In this document: one piece after another, positions 26,818 through 36,709 of the stretch
Position numbering within the stretch: position 1 is the stretch's first letter
Layout: the number at the start of each line of letters is the position of its first letter
Origin: an uncultured delta proteobacterium
GTDB taxonomy: Bacteria; Myxococcota_A; Polyangia; Polyangiales; Houyiibacteriaceae
NCBI GenBank assembly: GCA_963792825.1
Contig: CAWBXS010000005.1
Coordinates: 226,308 to 290,307, forward strand
Reading direction: 5' to 3'
Length of the DNA stretch: 64,000 nt
Position numbers and translations under genes: made by a program
Notes under the pieces: generated by a model
The model's input: only the letters and a program-made list of their open reading frames with translations
The model's database searches: none
What the model was told of the DNA's origin: nothing

Positions 26818-27864
26818 ATGCGTTGGACCACGATCGCCCTCCTCTCGCTGAGCGTCGCCTGCACGAAGAAGGAGGCATCCGCCCCACCCGAACCCGAACA
26901 AGTGGCAGAATCGGAAGCACCCGTCACGGCCGAAGCCCCGCCCGGAGAAACCGAAGCCGCAGCCGCTTTGACCGCGGACGAGCCCGAGCTCCCCGAGGAG
27001 CTGAAGCGCGAAACCCCTGCAATCGGAGCGCCGCCCACGGTCAACGTGCTCGATCGAGGCCAAGAGCCGCGGCGGGCGCTTCGCTGGAACGTCCAACCCG
27101 GCTTCGAGCAGAAGGTGTCGGCGTCCGTGGCCTCTTCGATTGAAGCGCTCATCGCAGTCATGATGGTCCGAGCGCCTTTGTACGCGGTCTCCTACGAGCT
27201 GACCCTTCGGGCCACGAGCCTCGCGGACAACGGCAGCCTTCGCGTCGGAATCACGGTCGACCGAGCAACCGCGGATCTGAAGGCGGTCGGGGACGCGGAA
27301 CGGGCCAAGCAAATCGAGACGGCGCTCGGCACCTTGGGAAAGGTCGGCGGTCGGTACACCTTGGGGCCGCGGGGCCAGGTGACCGACGTGCAGCTCGACG
27401 TGCCACCGGAGGCCGCCGGAGTCGCCCGCGAAATGATCGACAATCTCGGGTGGGCCATCGTCGAGATGACGCCGGTGTTCCCCGCGGAGCCCATCGGCCA
27501 GGGTGCCAAGTGGACCGTGCACCAGGGCATCGAGCAGGGCGGCGCGACGGTGAACCAGCTCGCCACGATCGAGCTCGTCAAGCTCGAAGGCAACCGCGTC
27601 GAGCTTGGCCTCGACATCCGACAGAGCGCCGCGCCGCAGTCGTTCGAGAACGCCGGCACGATGCGTACCCTCGACCTCACCGTCTTGAAGGGGCTCGCAA
27701 CCGGTTCGCTGACGTGGGACCTCGGCGAGCTCGCGCCCCGCAACGCGCGCATCGATGCAGAGACCGTCAAGGGCGTTCGACACGCCCCACCGAAGCCTTC
27801 CGAAAAACCGGTCTCGTCCGTCATCATGACCAAGAGAACGGTCGAGATCGCCGCGAAGAGATAG
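26818..27864 (+). CDS. Hypothetical lipoprotein
   Basis: MRWTTIALLSLSVAC lipobox, then an acidic Pro/Glu-rich linker and a globular domain of unknown family. The coding frame is clean while the antisense ORF is Arg-rich. Confidence 0.6.
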   Translation: MRWTTIALLSLSVACTKKEASAPPEPEQVAESEAPVTAEAPPGETEAAAALTADEPELPEELKRETPAIGAPPTVNVLDRGQEPRRALRWNVQPGFEQKVSASVASSIEALIAVMMVRAPLYAVSYELTLRATSLADNGSLRVGITVDRATADLKAVGDAERAKQIETALGTLGKVGGRYTLGPRGQVTDVQLDVPPEAAGVAREMIDNLGWAIVEMTPVFPAEPIGQGAKWTVHQGIEQGGATVNQLATIELVKLEGNRVELGLDIRQSAAPQSFENAGTMRTLDLTVLKGLATGSLTWDLGELAPRNARIDAETVKGVRHAPPKPSEKPVSSVIMTKRTVEIAAKR

Positions 27865-27948
27865 TTTGCACCGCCCGCACAACCTCTGCTTGAGGTCGAG
27901 GTGTCGTCGATCTATTCTAGGTGATTCCCCATTCGGAGGACTCTCTCC

Positions 27949-28554
27949 ATGACGCTTGTCGATCTGAGAACAACGCTTAGTTTCCTACCCCTGCTTCTCT
28001 TGTTGCTGTTCACCGCATGCAATGGCGGCAGCGGTCCCGAGCCCCCCGTCAACGTGATCGACCTCACCGGGGACGCGGGCTTCCAAGGCTGCAGTCAGCC
28101 GAGCTTCCCTTCGGAGCAACCCGACCTCTACGTGCTCCAGCCCCCGCGATTCCCGACCGACCGCCCCAACGGGCAGGCCGAGGTCGACCCCGGGGACCCC
28201 ATCGACGCGGAAATCTCGGTGAATAGCGCGACCCGCCAGGTCTTCATCGAGCTTCGAGACGGCTTTGACCCGACCTTCATGATCTACTCTACCGAAGTGG
28301 ACACGGCGGGGGGTGAGACCGTCCCGGTGTTGCTGTTGCCGCAGGACCAAACGCGGGGACGTTACTACATGAAGATCACCCTTTGCGGCTTCGACTGTGA
28401 CGAGCGCGAGGTCGTCTTCGACGCCAACCCCGACGTGAACTCCCGCTACGAACGCACCCTGATCGAAAACGGCGAAATCGTGCAAGTCGACCGGACGTGC
28501 ATCGACTTCACTGCAGACGCGGGCATTGGATCGGGCACCGTCATCATTCAGTAG
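27949..28554 (+). CDS. Hypothetical lipoprotein
   Basis: MTLVDLRTTLSFLPLLLLLLFTAC lipobox. The globular remainder of the 201-aa protein contains 5 further Cys residues. No family recognised. Confidence 0.6.
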   Translation: MTLVDLRTTLSFLPLLLLLLFTACNGGSGPEPPVNVIDLTGDAGFQGCSQPSFPSEQPDLYVLQPPRFPTDRPNGQAEVDPGDPIDAEISVNSATRQVFIELRDGFDPTFMIYSTEVDTAGGETVPVLLLPQDQTRGRYYMKITLCGFDCDEREVVFDANPDVNSRYERTLIENGEIVQVDRTCIDFTADAGIGSGTVIIQ

Positions 28555-28922
28555 TGTTTTCAAGCGGTGCTCAGGTCCGGTGTCCGGATTCAGCATCCGA
28601 TTGGAAGTTTTCGGACGTACGGTTGCACTGGCGACCCATTCAGGCGCGGACCGCAGCGCCGAGCCCATGGTCTGACGCGCTGCGCGGCACGCGTGTGATT
28701 TTTGCGACGGCGCAGGGATCTCCCGGGATTCATCGAGTGACACGCGGTGTGGGTGTTTTTGCACCACTGTGCGCGGCCTCACAAAAATTGCAAAAGACGT
28801 GTGGCCGACGTGTTTCCAGGTGTTGACTTTGCGAATCGTGTTGAGATAGCCACTCCAACGTGAACCCGTTTCAGACCGCTGCGCCCGGCGTAGCGAACTA
28901 TCCAATTCAAGGAGCGTAACGA

Positions 28923-31415
28923 ATGAGCAAGACACGATTTACCCCATGGATCGTGCTCGCATGTGTCACTGGCCTCGCAGCTTGTACGAGCGGCGGTGGT
29001 GGTACGGCGGGCAACACCGAGATGAATGTCATCGTCCCGAACGGTGCGCCTTCACTCGGCGGGGGGTCATCCGCCCCCGGTCTCATCGACATTACAACTG
29101 TCGAATATACCATCAACTGCCTCGGGAACAGCGATACGTTCCTAGACAACAACGCCAGCTTCCCCGACGAGGTCCAGATCAATGGTAACCTCGAAGTGGT
29201 CGACGGCCGGACGAGCCCCCAGGGCCCGATCCCGCCGGAGTTCGGCACCCCCCGCCCCGGCGACGGCGCGGAAATCTGGCAGGGCTTCATGGACCTGCCT
29301 CCCGGGCCCTGCACCGTGCAGCTTCGCGCGCGTGACGGCGACGGCGAGGTCATTTGTACCGCGACCGAGCCCTTCACCATCACGGCCGACTCGATCACCA
29401 AGGTCAACCTGGTGCTCATCTGTGACATCAGCTTCCAGGCTCCGGTCGGGATGCTCGACGTCGACGGCACCTTCAGCTTCAACGTCGGCAACTTCTGCCC
29501 CGACCTGTTCGTCCTGAACTGTGTCGACAGCGAGCCGGCCGAAGCCGATTACGGCATTGGCATTCCGATTGCGGCCACCTCCTGCGAGGTGCGTTTCCGT
29601 GACGGCGACAGCACGTGTGGCGCAGGCTGCGATCCGCAGAGCTGCACCGTGACGCCGGAAGGCCTGACCTGCGTTCCAGGTCCAGACCCAGGCGTCTCGA
29701 CGACCATCACCTGTGTCGGCGGCCAGGTCGACTGCGACGGCAACCCGCTCTCGACCGAGACCTCGTGCACCTTCTCCGGCGACACCACTGGCGTCGTTGG
29801 CGGTGGTCCGACCGCGCAACCGGGCACCTGGTTCGCAGGCTGCATCCCGCCGGCCCTCGGCGGCACCCCGGGTGCGATCGTCACCTGCACCGCGGTCACC
29901 ACGGACGGCGACCTCGACTGTGACAAGACCAAAGTGGTCAGCATCACCTGCCCAGGCCTCAGCCCTTGCGCGAACTTCGGCGCAGCCAACGGACAGACTG
30001 CTAACCAGGCGGGCGGCAACGCCGCTTGCGAGGCTGCAGCCGGAACGGTTTGCACGACCGACGTCTGCAACAACACCGGCTGCGACGGCGCCACGGCGGC
30101 TGCTTGCTGCACGAACACGCCGGTCGCGGACGGAACGAACTGCTCGGCGGAGCTCCCGCCCCTGGCCTCCTGCCAGGGTGGCGTTTGCCTGTCGGAATCC
30201 TGCACCAGCGACGCCGACTGCGAAGACCCGGCCACCGAGTGCTTGGTCGCTCCTCCCGGCGCGTGTAACCTTGGAACAGGTCTTTGCGGACCCGAGGTTC
30301 CTGTCGCGGACGGCACGTCGTGTAACGGCGGCGCTGGCACCTGTCAGTCTGGTACTTGCGCAGACAACTGCGCGGGCGTGGACTGCTCGGACGGCAACGA
30401 GTGTACGAACGACGTCTGCACCTCAGTCGGCGGCCCAACGTGCTCCAACCCGAACTCGGCCACTGGCACCCCGTGTAACGGCGGTCTCGGCAGCTGTGAC
30501 GGCGCGGGCGCCTGTGTCACCTTGATCGACTACCCGAACCAGAGCGCGGCGCTCACGGTTGGCTGTCGTAACAACGTCACCGCGGACATCTCGATCCTGC
30601 CGTTCTCGCTCGACGTGAACCCAGGTCCGATGGCGGCGGGTAGCGCGTTCACCGCGGTACTCGACGGTGTGGCGGCGTTCTCGGAGGCCTTCCTCGACGC
30701 GGCGCAAGCCGTCGTCCCGGGTGGCGTCAAGACCGGTCAGCTCATCGTGAGCAACGGCGGAGGCCTCGCGGCCACCGTCATCGCGACTGGTGCGGTCACC
30801 GGTGCGAACGTCCAGCTCGGACCGGACCCGGCATCGCTCAGCTCGCGCTGCGCGCTCACCGGTGTTCCTTGCACGGGCGCACCTGGCCTGGGCTCCTGCA
30901 CCTCGATCCCGGTCGTCAACAACAACTGCACGACAGGGTTCGTCGACATCCCGATCCTCTTCGGTATCGACACCGCCCCAGGTGGTTGTACACCGGCGAC
31001 CCCCGGGGTCCCGCCAGCTGCTTGTGACTGCTCACCCTGTGCAGCACTCGACACGGCTCCGGACACCACGAAGGCCAGCGAATGCGCTGCCAACGGCTTC
31101 TGCGTAACCGGCGACCTGCCGCTTCCGCTGAACGCCACCAACGGCAGCTACACCGCAGGCGCCACCTCGGGCCAGCCGATGTACTTCGATTGGCTGCAAC
31201 CCTACGGCCTCGACGTGGATGGCACGATCCTGCTCCCCGCAGCGGTCTTCTCGACCAACCCGGCTCCAGTCGGCGTGCGTGTGAGCGCTGGCGGTCTCTT
31301 CGTCGCACTTCAGTGCGCCGGAGCGGTCGACAGCGGTGGACCGGACGGTGTGGGCGTGCTCGACGACGCCTCCCCGACCCCGAACTCGTTGAAGAACACC
31401 TTCCTGGTTCCGTAA
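28923..31415 (+). CDS. Island paralog A1 (830 aa): lipobox + N-terminal module + multiple Cys-rich modules + conserved C-terminal family domain (...KNTFLVP*)
   Basis: AAGGAG RBS at 28909-28914. MSKTRFTPWIVLACVTGLAAC. The N-terminal module is near-identical at DNA level to the 31565 gene. It has CxDxNECTxDxC-type modules. The family domain starts near 30530 (LTVGCRNNVTADISILPF...). A terminator hairpin lies downstream. Confidence 0.85.
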   Translation: MSKTRFTPWIVLACVTGLAACTSGGGGTAGNTEMNVIVPNGAPSLGGGSSAPGLIDITTVEYTINCLGNSDTFLDNNASFPDEVQINGNLEVVDGRTSPQGPIPPEFGTPRPGDGAEIWQGFMDLPPGPCTVQLRARDGDGEVICTATEPFTITADSITKVNLVLICDISFQAPVGMLDVDGTFSFNVGNFCPDLFVLNCVDSEPAEADYGIGIPIAATSCEVRFRDGDSTCGAGCDPQSCTVTPEGLTCVPGPDPGVSTTITCVGGQVDCDGNPLSTETSCTFSGDTTGVVGGGPTAQPGTWFAGCIPPALGGTPGAIVTCTAVTTDGDLDCDKTKVVSITCPGLSPCANFGAANGQTANQAGGNAACEAAAGTVCTTDVCNNTGCDGATAAACCTNTPVADGTNCSAELPPLASCQGGVCLSESCTSDADCEDPATECLVAPPGACNLGTGLCGPEVPVADGTSCNGGAGTCQSGTCADNCAGVDCSDGNECTNDVCTSVGGPTCSNPNSATGTPCNGGLGSCDGAGACVTLIDYPNQSAALTVGCRNNVTADISILPFSLDVNPGPMAAGSAFTAVLDGVAAFSEAFLDAAQAVVPGGVKTGQLIVSNGGGLAATVIATGAVTGANVQLGPDPASLSSRCALTGVPCTGAPGLGSCTSIPVVNNNCTTGFVDIPILFGIDTAPGGCTPATPGVPPAACDCSPCAALDTAPDTTKASECAANGFCVTGDLPLPLNATNGSYTAGATSGQPMYFDWLQPYGLDVDGTILLPAAVFSTNPAPVGVRVSAGGLFVALQCAGAVDSGGPDGVGVLDDASPTPNSLKNTFLVP

Positions 31416-31452
31416 CGAGCAGGCTCTCGTAAGAGACGCCTAAACACAGAGA

Positions 31453-31487
31453 GACCCGCGAGCTTCGGCTCGCGGGTTTTCTCGTTT
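31453..31487 (+). terminator. Intrinsic terminator
   Basis: ACCCGCGAGC-TTCG-GCTCGCGGGT (10-bp GC stem, TTCG loop), followed by TTTTCTCGTTT. Confidence 0.7.
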
Positions 31488-31564
31488 AATCACTTGCGCG
31501 TCTCGCTGAACGCGTGTTTGCATCGAGTCTCGTTCTCCCGCCCCACCCGTTTCGAAAAATCCCC

Positions 31565-34030
31565 ATGTTGTTTCGCCACGCCCGATGGATCGCCCTCGCC
31601 TGTCTCGGAGCTCTCGCATGCGCGGGCGTCGAGGAGGGGCTCGCGGGCAACACCGAGATGAATGTCATCGTCCCGAACGGTGCGCCTTCGCTCGGCGGGG
31701 GGTCATCCGCCCCCGGTCTCATCGACATTCAAACCGTCGAGTACACCATCAACTGCCTCGGGAACAGCGATACGTTCCTAGACAACCACCTGAGCTTCCC
31801 CGACGAGGTCCAGATCAATGGTAACCTCGAAGTGGTCGACGGCCGGACGGACCCCCAGGGCCGGATCCCGCCCGAGCTCGGCACCCCCCGCCCCGGCGAT
31901 GGCGCGGAAATCTGGCAGGGCTTCATGGACCTGCCTCCCGGCCCCTGCACCGTGCAGCTTCGTGCACGGGACGGCGACGGCGAGGTCATCTGTACGGCCA
32001 CCGAGCCTTTCAACATCACGGCCGACACGATCACCAAGGTCAACCTGGTGCTCATCTGTGACATCAGCTTCCAGGCTCCGGTCGGGATGCTCGACGTCGA
32101 CGGCACCTTCAGCTTCAACGTCGGCAACTTCTGCCCCGACCTGTTCGTCCTGAACTGTCCAGAGAAGAACCCCGCAAGGGCCACTTGCGAGGTGCGTTTT
32201 CGGGACGGCGACAGCAGTTGCGGCGCAGGCTGCGATCCGCAGAGCTGTGTCACGACGCCCGAGGGCCTGAGCTGCACGCCGGGCCCGGATCCAGGAATCT
32301 CCACCACGGTCACTTGCACCAATCTGCGGATCGACTGTGACGGCAGACCCAACACGACGGAGACCAGCTGTACCTTCAGCGGCGACACGCTCGGCACGGT
32401 GGGAGGCTCGGGCGAAGGCGCCTTCGATGTGTCCTGCATTCCGCCCGGTCTCGGCGGCATCCCCGGCGTGGTCGGTACCTGCACCGCGATCACGACCGAT
32501 GGCGACGAGGACTGCAACAAGTCCAAGACATTTGCAATCCGGTGCCCCGGCCCGAATGCGTGCGCGGAGCTCACGCAAGTCGTGGTCACTCCGCTTCAGG
32601 CAGTGATCGGTAATTCGATCAACCTTTCCGCTACGGCGTCGGACGTGCAAGGAGACCCGATCACCTACCTTTGGAGTGGAACCGGAGGCGTCTTCGCGGA
32701 TCCCACTGCCGCGTCGACCACGTACACCTGCGCCGAGGTGGGTCCGCACGACATCCAGATCGCCGTGTCGGACGACAATTTCACGAGCTGCGTGGCCGAG
32801 TTCACCGTTACGATTACCTGCCTAGCCCAGTGCACGACTGACGTCGAGTGCGACGACGGCAGCGACTGCACGGTCAACACCTGCAATACGGGTGCCGGTC
32901 TGTGCGAGACTGCCAACGTCAGCGCTGGCACGTCGTGTAACGGCGACACTGGCCTCTGCGATGGCGCAGGCGTCTGTGTCGACAACTGCACGGGCGTGGA
33001 CTGCTCGGACGGCAACGAGTGCACCGACGACGTCTGCACCTCGGTGGGCGGCGCCGTGTGTAGCAACCCGAGCTTGCCCTCTGGCACTTCGTGTGCCGGC
33101 GGCATCGGCGTCTGTAACGCCGCCGGTACGTGCGTGAGCATTGAGCCTCCGGTTCAAACCGCGGCCCTCATGGTCGGCTGTCGTGGCAATGTCACCTCCG
33201 ACGTCTCGATCCTGCCGTTTGATCTGACGGTCACGCCAGGTCTGATAACGGCAAACGCTCCGTTCACCGCGAGCCTCGACGGTGTGGCGTCTTTCTCGGA
33301 GGCCTTCCTCGACGCGGCGCAGGCCGTCGTCCCCGGTGGCGTCCGGAGGGGTCAGCTCATCACGACCAACGGCGGAGGCCTCGCGGCCACGGTGGCGGTC
33401 AGCGGCGCAGCGACCGGTGCAGACGTCCAACTCGGCCCAGACCCCGCATCGCTCCAGCAGCGCTGCGCGCTCACCGGTCTTCCCTGCACGGGCGCGCCCA
33501 ACCTCGGCACCTGCACCTCGATCCCGGTCGTCAACAACAACTGCACGACCGGCTTCGTGGACATCCCCATCATCAACGGAACCCCGCTCAGCGCGGGTGG
33601 TTGTACGCCGCCCGCAGCGGGCTCGCCGCCACCCGACTGTGACTGCTCGCCCTGTACGGCAATCGACCCGGCTCCTCTGACCACGAAGACGGACCAGTGT
33701 CTCGCCAACGGGTTCTGCGTAAACGGCGACCTGCCGCTTCCACTGCAGGCCGCAACTGGCACTTACACCGCAGGCGCCACCTCGGGCTCCCTGATGTACT
33801 TCGACTGGGTCCAGCCCTACGGCATCGACGTCGATGGCACGATCCTGCTCCCGGCAGCCACGTTCGCGGACCCGCCTGCCCCGGTCGGCGTCCGCGTGAG
33901 CGCTGGCGGTCTCTTCGTCGCGCTTCAGTGCGCCGGAGGCGTCGACAGCGGTGGACCGGACGGCGTGGGTGTGCCCGACGACGTCTCCCCGACCCCGAAC
34001 GCGAACAAGATCACCTTCTTGGTCCCGTAA
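31565..34030 (+). CDS. Island paralog A2 (about 821 aa): signal peptide + N-terminal module + PKD-like module + Cys-rich modules + conserved C-terminal family domain (...KITFLVP*)
   Basis: MLFRHARWIALACLGALACAG signal, with the start at the internal Met (31565). It carries a YLWSGTGGVFADPTAASTTYTC PKD-like module that A1 lacks. The family domain starts near 33160 (LMVGCRGNVTSDVSILPF...). Confidence 0.85.
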   Translation: MLFRHARWIALACLGALACAGVEEGLAGNTEMNVIVPNGAPSLGGGSSAPGLIDIQTVEYTINCLGNSDTFLDNHLSFPDEVQINGNLEVVDGRTDPQGRIPPELGTPRPGDGAEIWQGFMDLPPGPCTVQLRARDGDGEVICTATEPFNITADTITKVNLVLICDISFQAPVGMLDVDGTFSFNVGNFCPDLFVLNCPEKNPARATCEVRFRDGDSSCGAGCDPQSCVTTPEGLSCTPGPDPGISTTVTCTNLRIDCDGRPNTTETSCTFSGDTLGTVGGSGEGAFDVSCIPPGLGGIPGVVGTCTAITTDGDEDCNKSKTFAIRCPGPNACAELTQVVVTPLQAVIGNSINLSATASDVQGDPITYLWSGTGGVFADPTAASTTYTCAEVGPHDIQIAVSDDNFTSCVAEFTVTITCLAQCTTDVECDDGSDCTVNTCNTGAGLCETANVSAGTSCNGDTGLCDGAGVCVDNCTGVDCSDGNECTDDVCTSVGGAVCSNPSLPSGTSCAGGIGVCNAAGTCVSIEPPVQTAALMVGCRGNVTSDVSILPFDLTVTPGLITANAPFTASLDGVASFSEAFLDAAQAVVPGGVRRGQLITTNGGGLAATVAVSGAATGADVQLGPDPASLQQRCALTGLPCTGAPNLGTCTSIPVVNNNCTTGFVDIPIINGTPLSAGGCTPPAAGSPPPDCDCSPCTAIDPAPLTTKTDQCLANGFCVNGDLPLPLQAATGTYTAGATSGSLMYFDWVQPYGIDVDGTILLPAATFADPPAPVGVRVSAGGLFVALQCAGGVDSGGPDGVGVPDDVSPTPNANKITFLVP

Positions 34031-34114
34031 CGACCAGGCCCTGGCAAAGCACCCATCTCCGGCTGAATGCGGCCGGGGCGGAGCTGTGTTATCAATATCC
34101 GCTCAGGAGGCCTC

Positions 34115-35812
34115 ATGACATCCCGTTGGTTAGCTTATTCGTCGGCGTTCCTCGCGCTGATGGCGCTCGGCGCTGCATGCAAAGGCGGTGGCGGTCCCGA
34201 GGTGACCTTCCTCGAGGTGCTCGAGACCTCGCCGGTCGAGGGAAGCGCTTCGGTCCAAGTCGAGACCCGAATCGGGTTTCGCATCAACGCGCCGATCGAC
34301 CCCGCCACGCTCACGGGCGACAACTTCTTCGTCACCGATTCGGACGGGACGCCCGTTCAAGGCGCGTTGGCGATCGATGAGCCGGACACCGCCGTGCTGA
34401 CCCCGGACGAGCCTCTCAACGTGCTGACGACGTACACCGCGACCATCACCACGGGGCTCAGCTCCCCGGGCGGCGCGATGCTCGAACAGGACTACGACTG
34501 GCAATTCACGACGCTCGACAGCGCATGGGGCGTCTCCGAGTGGCTCGAACAGGTCTCGACGGGGCTCTCGTCGAGACCACAAGTCGCGGTCGATGCGCAG
34601 AGCAACGCGCTCGCGGCCTGGGAGTACGAGGTCGTCGACGGAACGGGCATTTGGGCCAACCGCTATACGCGCGTCGACCTCTGGGGGGAGCCCGAGCAGA
34701 TCGACGATGGGAGCGGAGGCGCGGCCAAGCCAAGGCTGGCCGCCGACGACGCGGGTAACGGGTTCGTGGTTTGGGAGCAGACGACCCCAGGCACCTCGAT
34801 CGTCAACATCTGGACCAACCGCTACACCGTCGGCGAGGGCTGGGGCACCCCTGCCCTCCTTCAAAACGGTGAGGTCACTCAGGCGCGAAGCCCAGCGGTT
34901 GCCGCGGACCCTGCAGGCAACGCCATCGCAGTGTGGGTGCAGCGGGAGATGAGCGGCACGAATCAGGTCGTGTGGGCAATTCGTTACGAACCGGGCACCG
35001 GGTGGGGCACGGCGGCGCCCATCGACGACATGCCGACCCCGACTGCAGGGGAAGTGACGGCCGTCGGTATGGACGACGATGGCAACGCGATTGCCGTATG
35101 GGCGCGTCCGACGGTCCCGACGGCCGGCGGACGGTCCGAGGTGCTCTGGGCGAACCGCTACACGGCAGGCTTGGGTTGGGAAACCGCCACGCTCATCAAG
35201 CCCGACTCCGAGACCCGCGCGCTCGACCAGCGGCTCTCGGTCGGAGCGGGCGGCGACGCCTTCGTGGTCTGGACGCAAAACGACCCGCTGAGAGGTGACA
35301 TCGCCGACGTTTGGGGCGTTCGCTTCTCGGGCGCGACCTGGGGCGAGCCCGATCGGATCGACGATTATGACGATGCCGACAAGCTGCTGCCGGACATCGC
35401 GGTGGACGGCTCGGGCATTGCCCACGCGGTTTGGTCGCAGACCGATCCCGACTTCCAGAACATCTGGGCCAATCAGTACACGCCCGGCTCCGGGTGGGGC
35501 ACGCCGGAGCTGATCGAGCCGCCGAACATCGACCCGCTCGAAGACGCGGATGCCACCGAGCCGCGCATCGCCGTGAATGCGGCGGGCAACGCCTTCGTGG
35601 TCTGGCGCCAAACGTGGCAGGATTGGGGGAGCATTTGGTCCAATCGCCTCGACCCGGGAACCGGCTGGATGAACGCGGAGCTCATCGAGCAGATCGAGCG
35701 GGCAGCCAAGTCACCGAGGATCGCCGTCGACGACCGGCGTCATGCGCAGGCGGTGTGGCTGCACGCGCGCGACACCGGCATCGACTGGGTGCGAACCAAT
35801 CGCTTCGAGTAA
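34115..35812 (+). CDS. Lipoprotein with an SbsA-Ig/Big_5-like domain followed by 8 Trp-rich ~45-aa repeats (probable beta-propeller)
   Basis: AGGAGG RBS at 34105-34110. MTSRWLAYSSAFLALMALGAAC. VLETSPVEGSASVQVETRIGFRINAPIDPATL...TYTATITTGLSS is Big_5-like. There are eight repeats of the form P[RQ][IV]A[VA]D..GNA[FI][VA]VW......IW[AST]NRY. Confidence 0.75.
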   Translation: MTSRWLAYSSAFLALMALGAACKGGGGPEVTFLEVLETSPVEGSASVQVETRIGFRINAPIDPATLTGDNFFVTDSDGTPVQGALAIDEPDTAVLTPDEPLNVLTTYTATITTGLSSPGGAMLEQDYDWQFTTLDSAWGVSEWLEQVSTGLSSRPQVAVDAQSNALAAWEYEVVDGTGIWANRYTRVDLWGEPEQIDDGSGGAAKPRLAADDAGNGFVVWEQTTPGTSIVNIWTNRYTVGEGWGTPALLQNGEVTQARSPAVAADPAGNAIAVWVQREMSGTNQVVWAIRYEPGTGWGTAAPIDDMPTPTAGEVTAVGMDDDGNAIAVWARPTVPTAGGRSEVLWANRYTAGLGWETATLIKPDSETRALDQRLSVGAGGDAFVVWTQNDPLRGDIADVWGVRFSGATWGEPDRIDDYDDADKLLPDIAVDGSGIAHAVWSQTDPDFQNIWANQYTPGSGWGTPELIEPPNIDPLEDADATEPRIAVNAAGNAFVVWRQTWQDWGSIWSNRLDPGTGWMNAELIEQIERAAKSPRIAVDDRRHAQAVWLHARDTGIDWVRTNRFE

Positions 35813-35841
35813 CGCTCCGAGTTACTGCCTGGCCGAGCGCT

Positions 35842-36465
35842 TTAGAGGCTCGCTTCGCGCGTCGCTTCGAGCCGGAAGACCTGGACGCAGGGCGATTGGG
35901 CGTTGATCGACGCGATCGCATCGGCGTTGCGGCAGGTCGCGACGGTGCCGTCGAGCATCGGAGGGAACGTCGTTTCGACGGCTCTCGTATCGATGAGAAT
36001 GGTGTCGGTGCCCGTGGTGGTCAGCGTATGGACCTGCACCTCGGCTCGACATTGATCGTTCGCAGCGCCTGAGCTCGAGATCGCGTAGCCGACCCAGCCC
36101 GCCTGGTCGCTCCCCTGAATGAAGGAATAGCCAATCGCGGGCTCGGGGGCGAGGGCTACGACTTCCCGGCACGCGTCGACGCTGACACAGAAGATCCCAC
36201 CGAGACGCGCTTCATCGAGTTGGTCGTTCGGAACGAAGCTGTAGAGCGCGAGGTAACCCGCCGGCGGCGTAGCGTCGTTCAGCTGATCGCAGCTACCTTC
36301 GCTGACCTGGTAGGTGTCGATCTGGTAGACGGCGAGTAGCTCCGAATCGACCTTGGGCCCTCCCCCGCTGCTACCGCAGCCCAAGCTGCCGCCGCTGGTA
36401 CAGCCAAGCGCCAGGCAGGTGCCAAAGAACAAAGTCCTCGCGAAGTTAGTGATGTGCTGGTCCAT
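35842..36465 (-). CDS. Hypothetical lipoprotein
   Basis: MDQHITNFARTLFFGTCLALGCTSGGSLGCGSSGGG signal/lipobox with a Gly-rich linker. No family recognised. Confidence 0.55.
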   Translation of the reverse strand: MDQHITNFARTLFFGTCLALGCTSGGSLGCGSSGGGPKVDSELLAVYQIDTYQVSEGSCDQLNDATPPAGYLALYSFVPNDQLDEARLGGIFCVSVDACREVVALAPEPAIGYSFIQGSDQAGWVGYAISSSGAANDQCRAEVQVHTLTTTGTDTILIDTRAVETTFPPMLDGTVATCRNADAIASINAQSPCVQVFRLEATREASL

Positions 36466-36709
36466 CTCGGGTCGCTCTCCGGTGATGCTGGTGGTTTGGA
36501 AACCTCAAGTCTTGCTGCTTCGCGTCACATTTCAAGCCCCCATGAGAGCCTCGAGGTCACGGTTCGAACCACGGCTGTGAGCTACCACACATAAGGCTCA
36601 ATCTGGCATCCGAGCACGCGATAGGGTCTTGAAACCCGCGATTGGGGAGTGTTAGGGTCGCGTTCCTCGTTTACCGAGCCCATCCCCCCAATTTATTTCG
36701 GAGGCCTAC

